Positions 39,611-50,999 of a stretch of 64,000 nucleotides of DNA are shown piece by piece (position 1 is the stretch's first letter; each line of letters starts with the position of its first letter). The translations under genes were made by a program, and so were the position numbers. The notes under the pieces are model-generated. The model was not told the DNA's origin, ran no database searches, and saw nothing but the letters and a program-made list of their open reading frames with translations. The DNA is from Schizochytrium sp. TIO01 (taxonomy: Eukaryota > Protista > Bigyra: Labyrinthulomycetes), in NCBI GenBank assembly GCA_004764695.1, contig SMSO01000005.1, positions 1,302,001-1,366,000 of the forward strand, in the 5' to 3' direction.

Positions 39611-40498
39611 TTAGAAAGACTGTTCAAGACTATCGGGAGGCATACCATCTCCAATTATATCAAGATGGATCCTACCATTCAAAATATACTGTGCAATATT
39701 CTCAGGGTTTTCTGACCATTTGGCAGACTCAAGCGTATATGGAGGGGCTGTTATCTCATATATCGCAATGAAGGTGCTGATGAAGTCAATAAACCACTCC
39801 CAAAAGGGTTGATGAACTATCAAACCTTCTTCGCGTACTGCCCAAAATATTGTGCGCATCCACATGCGACAATCATCAAGCTTAAACCGACGGCCTTGAT
39901 GGATAAGTGCTCTCTTAGGGCAAAGCCAAGCATCTCGGTGAGCTTTTGTTCTTGCATCGCATGGGCGTTGGGAAGACCAAGCCTTTGAACTTGGATCCAT
40001 TCTTTCAATTATCCATGCGGCGAGTCGTTCACCATGCGGATCGAGGTGATTAGCAATGAATTTATCTAGCCATCGATCACGGAACATCTTACGATAAAAC
40101 CGGTTCGTCATTGCGACTATCCTCCCCTCGCTGATATCCTTGAGTAACAGCTTTGTCCGTTCTGTATCGTACGTCGAGCTAGGATCTGATATTGACGAGC
40201 TGCTATCAAACACAGCTTGTCGCGCAAGTATGATCTGTATACGGTTTTCTCGAGCCACAGGATCAGCATCTTGCGCCTCGACCCTCTGTAGCTCCTCCTC
40301 AGGAGCGTCTGGCCCAAGTAGAAGGTCTTCTTGCTCTTTTTTAGTCATTTTGATTTCTCCTGCACGGAAAGACTTGGCACTAGCATTGTAAGAATGCGCA
40401 TTCCCATTTACCAAGCTCTCAAATATACTTTCATCCCAGAGATGTTGCGCAAGCTTTGTTGCCTCTTTAGGGCTGAACTTGGTTTGCCCAGAACCCAT
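39611..40498 (-). CDS. Truncated (2/2) haemoglobin-like protein with predicted N-myristoylation
   Basis: Globin landmarks: NRFYRKM (B9-B10 FY), DKFI (CD1 F), KAHRDAW (proximal His F8) and CRMWMR (G8 Trp). N-terminus MGSGQTK. Confidence 0.65.
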   Translation of the reverse strand: MGSGQTKFSPKEATKLAQHLWDESIFESLVNGNAHSYNASAKSFRAGEIKMTKKEQEDLLLGPDAPEEELQRVEAQDADPVARENRIQIILARQAVFDSSSSISDPSSTYDTERTKLLLKDISEGRIVAMTNRFYRKMFRDRWLDKFIANHLDPHGERLAAWIIERMDPSSKAWSSQRPCDARTKAHRDAWLCPKRALIHQGRRFKLDDCRMWMRTIFWAVREEGLIVHQPFWEWFIDFISTFIAIYEITAPPYTLESAKWSENPENIAQYILNGRIHLDIIGDGMPPDSLEQSF

Positions 40499-41600
40499 TC
40501 TGTGCTACTATCAAACCTTGCGTCAGAACGCAGAGCCAAGGGCTAAAATCTCTCTTCTCAATTTAAGTTCGCTCTTGGCACTCATGGGTTTGCAATTTGC
40601 AGAATGCAATTTCCAGGTGTCGTGCACCACAATCGTCAGTTTACTAGAAAACCTTTTTACAGTGGAGGAGATCTTTGCACACAGGCTATTTACCTCTGTT
40701 GTATCTAGTAACATGCACCTCTCTAACTAAAAGAAGAAATATATAACATTTCTGGTGCGAATTTTAAAAGCCAAGTAAATGCCAATTTGCGAATTTGACC
40801 CTGTCTTAGAAAAAGGATATTAAATCATGATCCAACAAACAATGTTTATTTTTCCTTTTCCTGACTTACATCATTGCATCTTGCATTGTTTTGCCCTTGC
40901 ATGTGAACAGCCTTGGTATGATCTTTTGAGAGGATGAGTTTTTTTCTATTGCATATCAAGGTTTGCAGTTTCCTGTTTCTCATGATAGTCTGCACTGCGA
41001 AAAAACATAAGCACACACCTGAGCAGGCTTGTAGAACTGGTACTAATCATAGTTTATTATATCTGATACTAGTAGGTTGTGGTAGGCCTAAGAAGGTAGT
41101 GATAGGTACCTAGTAGTACCTATTACCTCCGTCAGAACCGGATAACGGGTAATTGGAAGTGCTGGAATGAATACTTGAAAGAAGACGTGGCAGGTAAAAC
41201 GAGTCATCATACAGCAATGCTCCAGAGCAGCAACTTAATAAATCGTGGCAACAAGCTGCAATAGTCTCCACAATTAAAGGAATGCTTAATTTGACATAGA
41301 CAGAACTCTGCGTCGCGTAAAATATAAGCTTGCAGACGTCTTTTCTGTCATTGCGGTAGGGCATTGCACTAGACCAGTACAAGTGTTCATCTCCACGAAT
41401 CAATTCCAGACTTTCGCGGTATGAGGAAAACTAGAGCTCGTTGGCATTCTGATCTTCCACAGGCTGTTGATTCGTTATTGTAGCGCATCAATCCACAATT
41501 TGGCACAGTACCCAACTTGTGGGGATTTCATTCTAATAATGGACTGCATCGGCATTTATTTGTTTGGCTTTTTTATTAAAATTGTAACTTGCAATCTTAA

Positions 41601-44600
41601 TTATCTTATTTTGAAGGGGGCTGCGACCTGAAAAGGATCCTCATCCCCCTCATGATCATCATCATCATCATGGATATTTGTCCGATAGTTGGAAATCTGC
41701 TGAGAGCCCGTGATCGAAGACAATGGAAAGCGACTAAAGTCACCTGCATCATCACTCATCTCCTCGTCACTCACTTCCGATTTGCCGTCATTGCCGGTTT
41801 CCCATCCGTGAGAAAAACGGATAATTAACTTGGGTATAAATATAAGCATAATCGTACCTGCTGATGTCACGAAAATAATAAAAAACTGTAGAATGAAGTT
41901 GGTGGTGGGATCTGAGGATGTCGAAAAAAATACTGGTATAGAGATAGCCAGAACTTCAAAGGCGGCTATTACGGCGATGGTGATAAAGCGCCCTTCATTG
42001 AACTCAGAAGGAATATTTCTACTCTTAAAACTCAAATAAAGTCCATAGACAAGAGAGAGGCACAATAAAGCAATAATGGGCGCAGCAAGTTTAATTGAAT
42101 AATCCGAGCGACAGAGGCCATAGGACTCCAAGGCATTACCCTCATCATCAGCTTTAATGAGGATGCGCGTGTAAATTAAGGGATCTGTCACCCACCAGTA
42201 TGCAAAGAGAGCTATAAGGAGGACAATGAGACAGAATTGGTAAATACGTAGCTTCTTGTTGGTGACGTACTGCAAACGAAGTCGCTCATCATTAAAGACA
42301 TGGATTTGTCTCCATGTTTTCAACCAAAGTGAGGAGTATACAATTGCAAAGCCCATACCATAAAGGACAGGCGCGAGCATGCAAGAAAGATTTAACGAGG
42401 CGCTAGATATAGCTTTGTCATCACTGGATTTTAAAGACACAGTCCCCTCATCGGAAAGATCCACAGCGACGAGCGTAGATGGCCCAACAATCCCATCATC
42501 TTGAAACGATAAAGGGATGGTGGCAGTTAGAGCAATTATACCACCACTAAGGATTTGCAGAAGAAAGGGTGGAGAAGCGACCAAGAGCAGTCGCCTTGTT
42601 TTGTTAAGCTGGACCCAAACAATTAATACGACGCAAAATAAGATAGCCATGCCTGTTAATACGTATGCAAAAACCAAAAATGCCAAAGGCACTAGCTGAG
42701 TGTCTTCTGTTGGCGTAAGAATCGAGACACCGTCACAAGTAATTGAAGCCAGAACGTTGTAATTTGTAGATCTAGAGAAATCGAGGCCATAAAGTGCTAT
42801 AGCTCCCTCGGCAGCAAGAGGCGAGCCTTCACTGGTTACCTCGGAACCGTCAAGTACAGCTCGCATTAGAAACCCAATAAAACGTGTGTTTTTAAGTCCA
42901 AAATCAACGCCAGTTTTATCGCAGCCACCGTCAACAGTAGAGGTATAATCTTGACGAGCCATGATGTCTAACGTCTGTACAGCAGGATAACAATTATCTG
43001 GAAGGTCTCCATGCAGGATCTCAAAGCTTGCACGATCCGCATCATAGAAGGATTGTACAAAACATGCTTGAATGGACCCTGTAGACGGCGGAACAAAAGG
43101 ATCAGAACCTGCAGTAGGAAGTTTTACCCATTCTGTGAGATCTGGGATGCTCCCTAAAACTGGCATATAACCTAACGAAAATTGATTCGATGCAATTGCG
43201 CTTTTTTGAGCATCCACCGTGTCTACGCAAACAACATTAGTAGCACTGCAATTTGCTTGGGCAATAATAGTGGAAGGCTCGTAGGTCTTCTCTAGATAAC
43301 CCCCAAAGTCTTTGGCGAGATCATCAAGAGAAAGGACCCGCACAATAATTATACCTTCACTAGGTAGTTCGACATCTGGATTAAGAGTCTGAATCCGAGA
43401 ATCATCCCATGTTGTAATACTTCCTCCAAAAATATCTGTAAGAACTGATGGAGTCATGTTGATTCCATTTTCGCCGGGTTCTTTCAGACCATTCTTTGTG
43501 GTTTCACATGCAGATGTATTTTGCACTGCTGAATGTGCGCCACAAAAGTTCATAAGAACACCAAGTCCAATGCCAGCATAAGGAAGCCGGAACAACCCAT
43601 TGTGGTATTTCCAATTGAAGCGACTTCCACTAGTAATGGCGACACCCTCATCTTGAGCTCGTTCAAAAGCCTCAGATGCTGTGCTTTCGTAAAACTCATC
43701 AAAACTTATATCGGAGTGTTCTGCTTCATATATGAGTTCATATTCTTTTAGAATGTTCTTTAGGGACGCAGCGCCAAAGTATGAAACGACAGATGGCTTT
43801 TCATCATCAAAGACAGGTTCTAATTCTCCAGTTGCCGCATTTGAGTACACCATGTCTTCTCGAAGCCTTGCTATAACCTTTTCACGCACCTTTTCTGTTA
43901 AAGGTGCAAATGCCAAATTTACTGCCATAGAACGTGGAACGTCATGGAGATAAAACCATTCCAAGAAGTTCTGCAATGCCAAAACATTTGACTTTTGTGC
44001 ACCTTTTCTTCGAGAGCTATCCTTCATAATGACAAAGTACGTATAACCAACAATTGGCCAAGCATGCGGACCCTGTGCGTTACTAATTTCTACCGTAAGG
44101 CGATCTTCTTCAAGCCTGCTCCCAGTCCCAAGACCCTTTTCAACCAGAGCATTGGAGACAGTGTCTGATTTTGCCACAACTGGAGCATACCCAGCAGTCT
44201 TAGCCAGACTTGCAAACGAAAGGCCGACAGCAAGAGCTTCACCAAGTACTGAGTAGCCAACTGAGCCCAGTTTTGTTGCGACAAAGCCTGCGACTCCTTC
44301 ATTTCCTTGGCGCTTTGTAACTACGCCTGAAAGAAAAGTATCATAGTTTTCATTACTTGCATTCCGTCCAATCAAAGACTCAAAGGTAGGGTCAACGTTT
44401 GAAAGAGTTTCTTTAAAAATCTCACTTGTGCCAGATCCATCTTCACGCACTACAACATGAATTTGGTAGTAATCTTCATTCGATAAACATGCCTGGATAT
44501 TCTCTTGGACAGAAGCACTCTCAGCGTACAGTATATTTAAGCCGACTATATCTGTATGATTCCACTCTGTAATTTCTAAGCGAAAAATTCGTGCTAGAGT

Positions 44601-45068
44601 TGTTAGATTGAGAACTAAGGTATGTCCTAGAGCATCCAACAAGGGTAGATTATAGATAGGAACTACGGCACCAGCCACGGCAGGGTACATCTGGGCACTA
44701 GGGTATGTGAGATAATCTGTTTCGCTGAGCAGTGAATCAGAGCCTGCGAAATCAAGTATGATTGGAGTCTCTTCGAAGGATGAACATGAGCCGTTAAGAA
44801 TACGGCATTTTCCATTTGATGAACCCATGCCTGTATACGATACATCGATGCTCTCATTCACAAAGCGATAGGCAAAAATGGCTTGCTGATACAAACGTTC
44901 AGGGAACGTTGCCCCCGCACCTCTTACGATGATCCGCCCATCAACTTCAGCGCTAATGTCTTCAGCTTCGATCAGGGCATCTACTTCGGCCTGAGAGAAG
45001 GCTGCCTTTGCGAGAATACTTGAGCTAGCAGCTAGGCTGAGTAAGAATAACAGAACAGACTTTCGCAT
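41601..45068 (-). CDS. Class C (7tm_3, GABA-B-like) GPCR with two extracellular PstS-type phosphate-binding-protein domains, 1155 aa
   Basis: Signal peptide; PstS motifs GAGATFP, GMGSSNG, DFAGSD, VVREDGSGTS and WPIVGYTY; a second, degenerate PBP repeat (DIFGGSITTWDDSRIQTLNP). 7TM with ASPPF, GFAIVYSSLWLKTWR, SRNIPSEFNEGRFI and FIPKL. Confidence 0.88.
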   Translation of the reverse strand: MRKSVLLFLLSLAASSSILAKAAFSQAEVDALIEAEDISAEVDGRIIVRGAGATFPERLYQQAIFAYRFVNESIDVSYTGMGSSNGKCRILNGSCSSFEETPIILDFAGSDSLLSETDYLTYPSAQMYPAVAGAVVPIYNLPLLDALGHTLVLNLTTLARIFRLEITEWNHTDIVGLNILYAESASVQENIQACLSNEDYYQIHVVVREDGSGTSEIFKETLSNVDPTFESLIGRNASNENYDTFLSGVVTKRQGNEGVAGFVATKLGSVGYSVLGEALAVGLSFASLAKTAGYAPVVAKSDTVSNALVEKGLGTGSRLEEDRLTVEISNAQGPHAWPIVGYTYFVIMKDSSRRKGAQKSNVLALQNFLEWFYLHDVPRSMAVNLAFAPLTEKVREKVIARLREDMVYSNAATGELEPVFDDEKPSVVSYFGAASLKNILKEYELIYEAEHSDISFDEFYESTASEAFERAQDEGVAITSGSRFNWKYHNGLFRLPYAGIGLGVLMNFCGAHSAVQNTSACETTKNGLKEPGENGINMTPSVLTDIFGGSITTWDDSRIQTLNPDVELPSEGIIIVRVLSLDDLAKDFGGYLEKTYEPSTIIAQANCSATNVVCVDTVDAQKSAIASNQFSLGYMPVLGSIPDLTEWVKLPTAGSDPFVPPSTGSIQACFVQSFYDADRASFEILHGDLPDNCYPAVQTLDIMARQDYTSTVDGGCDKTGVDFGLKNTRFIGFLMRAVLDGSEVTSEGSPLAAEGAIALYGLDFSRSTNYNVLASITCDGVSILTPTEDTQLVPLAFLVFAYVLTGMAILFCVVLIVWVQLNKTRRLLLVASPPFLLQILSGGIIALTATIPLSFQDDGIVGPSTLVAVDLSDEGTVSLKSSDDKAISSASLNLSCMLAPVLYGMGFAIVYSSLWLKTWRQIHVFNDERLRLQYVTNKKLRIYQFCLIVLLIALFAYWWVTDPLIYTRILIKADDEGNALESYGLCRSDYSIKLAAPIIALLCLSLVYGLYLSFKSRNIPSEFNEGRFITIAVIAAFEVLAISIPVFFSTSSDPTTNFILQFFIIFVTSAGTIMLIFIPKLIIRFSHGWETGNDGKSEVSDEEMSDDAGDFSRFPLSSITGSQQISNYRTNIHDDDDDHEGDEDPFQVAAPFKIR

Positions 45069-48000
45069 GGAGATGAAGGTGTTGTGGCGGTATAGCTTTC
45101 AAGTACTTTTTCAACCTCTTCTGTTTATTTTGCGTTTCGGTTTTGCTGATTTAATTCGAACTATTTGCTACGTACTACGTAAATTTAAGAAGAGAGAAAC
45201 ACAGCATTAAGGATTTTACCAGGGGTTGAGATTTGCCAATTAGATATTCGTGGCTACAAGTGGAAAGGGTACGGAGAGATGGTTAAGTATATGCATGTGC
45301 AAGATAAAGGCCTGCTGGAAAGTACTCCAGGAGACTACTTCATCACTTAGAGAGGTCTTTCGCACTCATTTTAGCATGCTTGTGCTGCTCCAATTATTCT
45401 AAATATGAAGAGGATCCCTATGAAGATAAAAATTGTAGAAAACATGCTTCGATCCAGCAGACAGATACTGATTGTACTTAATGACTCAATACTTTTACTT
45501 GATGTTTATTCTTTAAACTTTGGGGCCTCACACTAGTTATGGTCGGCTATCACGTATACGGAAGTTATTCTGCTTAGATCACAGACAATGATTTCAGCAG
45601 CCCCATTTTTAACTTTCGAGCCATTCTTCAAAGTTGAGTTACAAGCTCTATAAAGGGTAGGTAGGTAAGGTACTACCTAGGACCACAAGAGACAATGATG
45701 GCTTGGAATAGTCCCTTAACTCTGGGTTACATATTGCTCTCGAGCAAAGCCCTCCGTTATCGAAGCGCGGATTCATAAAGCAAGTTCCATTAACATAGTG
45801 GTGGCATGAAACTAAAGTAATCCCTCCTAAAAACTTCCCGTCTCAAGCTCAGAATGCTTCTGAATCTGCGCATACTGGTGCATTCTCAGCTCGAACACAG
45901 TTTTATTTAGTGTTGCTAGCTAGCCTCCCACTTCTTTTCTAGCTCCATAATGAACCCATTAAAATGAATCTAGTGAGGGAATATTATACGAGTTTATGAC
46001 GATGCATTGCGCACATGCAGCCTGATAACTTATGGCTCGTTATGTTCAAGCCTACCTTCAAAGTCTTTCCGTGATAGTTACGCTGATTCAACCATATGCT
46101 CCAAGATCCTATCCAGATCAAGCTCGTCTTGAAGCAAAAATCTGAGAAACTGGCTAGTTCGGAGAGCAAGCTAAAGTCTGCGCTTATGAATACCCTGCAA
46201 GTTTGATAAATGTAATGTTATTCGCATGCTGCCAGTTTTTAAAGAGCTTGGATAGGAAAATGGTTAAATAGTCAGAAATTTATCTGCTGGCAATAGTACG
46301 TACATAGAGATGAATGTGATTGGGAGGACATGTGCAACGCCCGCCTAAAGATTCAACCAATTCGTCTGAGATCGAATCGCTTCATTGCATTAAACTTCCA
46401 CTGGATGAATCAGCAAAGAACGGAAGAAACTTTTAAACTAGGCACTTTTGCACAAATTTTATAAATCTCCTCTTCATAGCACCTGACCTTAAAGTTGTAT
46501 GCGTCCCTCCTCGAGCGGGCACGAGGTTTCCAGCACCTTCTAGCTGGGTCATACGAGGGTATGAACATTGAGAATGATGTTCAATTTGAACCACGCCACT
46601 CGAATCTTGCTGATAAGAATAGGAAATGTAAGTTAAGTACACACTTAGATTTGGAGGAGCAGTTAAGGTTCAAGGTAACGATTGATAGAAGAATCTTAGA
46701 TTTGGCCAACGCGCGCACGTTTTTCTTTGGAATCTCCGCTTTGCATGTCTTTCCTGAGGCCAGCTGATGTTTTCCAGCAACATACAAGTTGACTGAGGTA
46801 ATTCTTGGCTCTTGATAGTAAAAAAGGGCATCATCCTTGCATAACCTTGCGCATCAAGTCAGGCATGGTAGCTTCCAAGACAAGCTGATTGTATAAACCT
46901 GTTAAAGTATGCATTGAACACTCAATATGCTTAGTGGAAAACAGGATCATGAAAAGATCTTGGGAAAAGGCCAAGATTGGCACTCGAAGATACTTTCACA
47001 CAAGATCAGTGACATTTACGCTAGTTTTACTTTCCGTCTGCTGAAAATGTTGTCATTCTATAGCAAGAACGTCTTTATACATATATATATTAAAGTAGAT
47101 TCGGCACTGAGAAAGAAGTTTGGCTCTACAGCGAACTCTCTCTGGAACTTTGAAGTTCAATCCTCAGGCTGCTTGTGTGCTAATGTGCAAACAGGCACGT
47201 ATTGGAAACGTGAGATTTTCGAGTTACTGTGTTGGCATGGATCTCTAAAATTGACGACCAGATAGTGAATCGTACCAACTGAGAGCGATCGAGACACTAA
47301 CTAGGCCTGCCACCGCAATAACGATGACTTAATGCTAACCATTTCATCTTTTACAGCTTTGCTTGAGTGAGTGTGACCGTCTTTGTGTTTGCATTCCAAT
47401 ACCACTCTGGAATGCCAACAGAGGTTCTGGACTTAATATGACGCTTAAAAGAAGACTATCTGCACGCCATTTCCCCCTTTGTTTTCGCAGCGATAGGAAA
47501 GAGGAACTTGCGCGCTTTAAGTAGTAACAAGACAAATTAAAAAAAATAGTTGCTTTGCATGTCAGGTGATTGATATCTGGCCGCTCGATGACACAAGGGT
47601 GGCGGGACGGTGCTGGATCACGAGCTCTAAACCAATTTATCTTATGCATAGCTTCGGCATCCACCAGGTTCTGCGAACTTTGCTCGGCATTTCACCTCGA
47701 AGCTCAAAATCAAGGCGAAGCTAGAGGATCTGGCCGCTTCTATTTGCCTATTGGGCCAAGATACTATTGAACAATTTGAAGCGAGATGTGTTGCGGGACT
47801 ATTTCCTCCCAGTACTTCCGAAAAAAGTCTGCCTACTCAAATTACTATCAAGATACTATCAATAAGCCAGTGTGTATCTGGCGTGTTTGGTGGAGCTTTA
47901 AGACTAGTGTTTGTACTTGATGGCTCACTCACATGTAGGGGAGTATGCATGTTTCCCCCAGATGTGCGAATGTTGATAGGCGTTGGCTCTTATAGTGTAA

Positions 48001-48155
48001 TTTGCAGAACGGTATGATTGCAGACCAGACCAGAATCAGTTCTGCCTAATATTCTCAACAAACCCATAAAACAAAGATAGGCTCCGCATCTGAGCTCGTG
48101 TTGATTGAATATAAATATAAACTGATACTTGGAATACAGAATACAAGTAAATACC

Positions 48156-50999
48156 ATGTCCAATGAACGTGTTGTACAAAGCGTGTTGACAACGATAGTT
48201 AACGTGCGAAAACGCATTCAAAACATTATGGTGTTACAAAGGCAGCTCGCATCTTTTGATCAAGTACTAAAGGTCATGGAGTTCGCGCTTTCAGAAAAAG
48301 CAGCGGAAGTTCTAAGTGGTCTTAACGAGCTTGAGTCGCTTATTGGTGAAGTAGGCCTTGCTCTCGATATTCTTAACTCTGATACGACAGACCGTCGCGT
48401 GACAAAGTTCATTGCATGCTGGCACAGTGAGGCTGTCAAGCGGCGGTTGTTGCGTCTCTCGACGCGTATTGTAGAAGTCTTCAAAACATTAGATATGTCC
48501 ATAGATCCTAGCGAGGAAGAGCTTCTTGAATATCTGATAAGTGATGAACAGCACACCCAAGACGACCGAGCTGATCGTGATCAACTCAACGAAGAGCTAC
48601 CATTTCTACTTGAAAGCCTCGAAGACATTATTGATCCTGAACAATATGCTTATCTTCGGAATGCACTCGCGGATGCTCTGGATGCGGGAGAATTTTGCTT
48701 GAGCAATGAAGGAGTAAAATATGCAATGTCTTCGGTTGCTCACGAACTACAAACCCTGGGCGATGAAGAGGAAATGGCAAACTTAACAGGGGATGACCTT
48801 CTCGTTGATGTGGACAATGAACTTGGTCGAGGAGGCTTTGGAGTCGTCTTTCTAGGACGATTCCTCGACATTCCATGCGCTGTAAAAATGATTGATATTG
48901 GTGAGGATGTAGTTTCCGACGCCGCACGGATTAATTTACGAAACGAAGTAAAAATCTGGCGAGAGATCAAACACCCAAACATTGTAGAATTTTATGGAGC
49001 TGCGATTGTCGATCATCGTATGCTCATGGCACTTGAGCTTTGTGATCTATCACTCGGCGAAGTGATACATAAACAACACGTGAACTTTTCACATGATTTT
49101 GATACTTACTGTGCAATTGCACGCGGCATCTGCCGTGCAGTGGCTCATCTCCATGCAAATTTTATCATTCATCGTGATATCAAGCCTAGCAATATCATGG
49201 TAAGCGAAAGCTTGCACATGGTCAAGCTAACAGACTTTGGTATGTCTCTGGCGAAAGAGGAAATTTACAGAAAGGCTATTACTTCTACGATTCGCGGCAC
49301 ACCAGTATACATGGCTCCAGAAGTTTGTTTTCCTCCTGCTCACTGGACATTTCGGGCCGATGTGTACTCTCTAGCCATTTTGTTGTGGGAAATGTTCAAC
49401 GGAGAGCACCCTTTTGAAGAGGAATCGAGTTCAATGCACATTATGCATCGTGTAGCGATGACCAATGAACGCCCCCCTCTGAATGAAGATATGCCTCATT
49501 GGCTATGGAAGGTAATGGAAAACGCCTGGGATCCCATCCCTGAACGTCGGCCTACTGCCGATATGATACTGTTGAAGATAGACAAACACTCAAAGGATAC
49601 GAGTCGCACAAGTATGCGGGTAATCGGGAACATGTTGAGCCGAATACGACGACGACCAGGAAAGCCGAGTGCCACGATGATGGCTCGGAAAGCATCAACT
49701 GTGGAATCTGCGAATCGTGTCTGTACACAAAATGAGTTCCGTCCAATAATGGGTAGCATCTTACGGAAGGGATCCCGAAGTCAGCCAGAGCCTCCTCTTG
49801 CACCACCCCCGGGCCTTGGACCTCGACCATCTTTCCATAGCATCGACAGTCTCGGACAGAATCCCTCGTTTTCAAGCCTAGGGTCTTCAATGGAAGGATT
49901 CTTTCCGAACACACAACATGCTCACTATCCTGACAGTTCGCATGACGGAGACGGGGAGGATGATGAAGAACTTGAAAAAGAAGATAATGAAGGTTTTCCA
50001 CTGAGGCAAGACTTGGCGCTTCTCCGTTTTCGATCCTACGATGACTCTTCATCAATCTCGCTAGGATCAGGTTCGGTCGGGCAGGCTTACGGCAAGCAGA
50101 CTGATGGCAGAGCCAACCTACTTGCCGTAGGTGGCATGTTCGGCCTAGAACTTTGGGATGCTCGCACTGGACGCAAAGTTAAGACTTTGCCTGGACACAC
50201 GGGAGCTGTTTTTGCTCTCAGCTTCTCTGTGAACAGTTCGATACTTGTTTCTGCTGCAGGAGATAGGACGATCCGGATTTGGGACACAGAAAAGTATCGT
50301 TGTACATCAACATTACGTGGACACAAAGATGCTGTAAATTGTGTTGCCATATCCCAGAACGCGAACATTATTGCCAGCGGAAGCAGTGATAAAACAATTA
50401 TGATTTGGAATCGTAAGTCTTCTGAAGTGGTATTCTCATTTACAGGCCATGGAGACGCAGTGACAGAAGTGTGTTTTACGCCAGACGAATCGAAGTTGGT
50501 CTCTGCTTCCCAGGATTGCACCATTCGAGTATGGTCACTACAGGATACAGGCTTACTATTTATCATACCTACTGGAAAACCTATCAAGAGTTTAGCTCTT
50601 TCTGCTGATGGTAACCAAGCTGCAGTAGCACACCCGGACAAAGTATTGGGGGTGTTTTCGTTAACCACTTTTGAATTAATAACTGAACTCCGCGCTCATT
50701 CTACCCCTGTGAATTTCGTTGCATGGTCTTCTGATCCTGGGGAGTTCTTTGCATCAGCTTCCCGAGGAGGCTCTATTCGATTATGGTCAGCGAGTGAGTT
50801 CGAGCAAGTTCGACAGTTGTCAGGTCATTCTTCACGATGCGACTTTGTTCGATTTAGTGCTAAAGGTGGATTTCTGATTTCCTGCTCCCGTGATCATACC
50901 ACAAGGATTTGGAATGTTAACTCCGGAAGGAATATCAAAACTCTTCAACACGAGACCATGCCTCTTTGCGCATCTTTCTCCCCCTTTTTCTTGCGCTAG
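48156..50999 (+). CDS. TKL-group protein kinase with N-terminal MLKL-like helical bundle and C-terminal WD40 propeller
   Basis: Kinase motifs GRGGFG, AVK, HRDIKPSN, DFG and GTPVYMAPE all intact. About 7 WD repeats (GHTGAVFALSFS...IRIWD; GHKDAVNCVAIS...IMIWN). First ~115 aa are amphipathic helices. First ATG is at 48156. Confidence 0.88.
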   Translation: MSNERVVQSVLTTIVNVRKRIQNIMVLQRQLASFDQVLKVMEFALSEKAAEVLSGLNELESLIGEVGLALDILNSDTTDRRVTKFIACWHSEAVKRRLLRLSTRIVEVFKTLDMSIDPSEEELLEYLISDEQHTQDDRADRDQLNEELPFLLESLEDIIDPEQYAYLRNALADALDAGEFCLSNEGVKYAMSSVAHELQTLGDEEEMANLTGDDLLVDVDNELGRGGFGVVFLGRFLDIPCAVKMIDIGEDVVSDAARINLRNEVKIWREIKHPNIVEFYGAAIVDHRMLMALELCDLSLGEVIHKQHVNFSHDFDTYCAIARGICRAVAHLHANFIIHRDIKPSNIMVSESLHMVKLTDFGMSLAKEEIYRKAITSTIRGTPVYMAPEVCFPPAHWTFRADVYSLAILLWEMFNGEHPFEEESSSMHIMHRVAMTNERPPLNEDMPHWLWKVMENAWDPIPERRPTADMILLKIDKHSKDTSRTSMRVIGNMLSRIRRRPGKPSATMMARKASTVESANRVCTQNEFRPIMGSILRKGSRSQPEPPLAPPPGLGPRPSFHSIDSLGQNPSFSSLGSSMEGFFPNTQHAHYPDSSHDGDGEDDEELEKEDNEGFPLRQDLALLRFRSYDDSSSISLGSGSVGQAYGKQTDGRANLLAVGGMFGLELWDARTGRKVKTLPGHTGAVFALSFSVNSSILVSAAGDRTIRIWDTEKYRCTSTLRGHKDAVNCVAISQNANIIASGSSDKTIMIWNRKSSEVVFSFTGHGDAVTEVCFTPDESKLVSASQDCTIRVWSLQDTGLLFIIPTGKPIKSLALSADGNQAAVAHPDKVLGVFSLTTFELITELRAHSTPVNFVAWSSDPGEFFASASRGGSIRLWSASEFEQVRQLSGHSSRCDFVRFSAKGGFLISCSRDHTTRIWNVNSGRNIKTLQHETMPLCASFSPFFLR

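Noticed and set aside
41094-41128. Hairpin AGGTAGTGATAGGTAC...GTACCTATTACCT as a terminator
   Set aside because: Rho-independent terminators do not apply to this eukaryotic DNA, and the sequence is low complexity.
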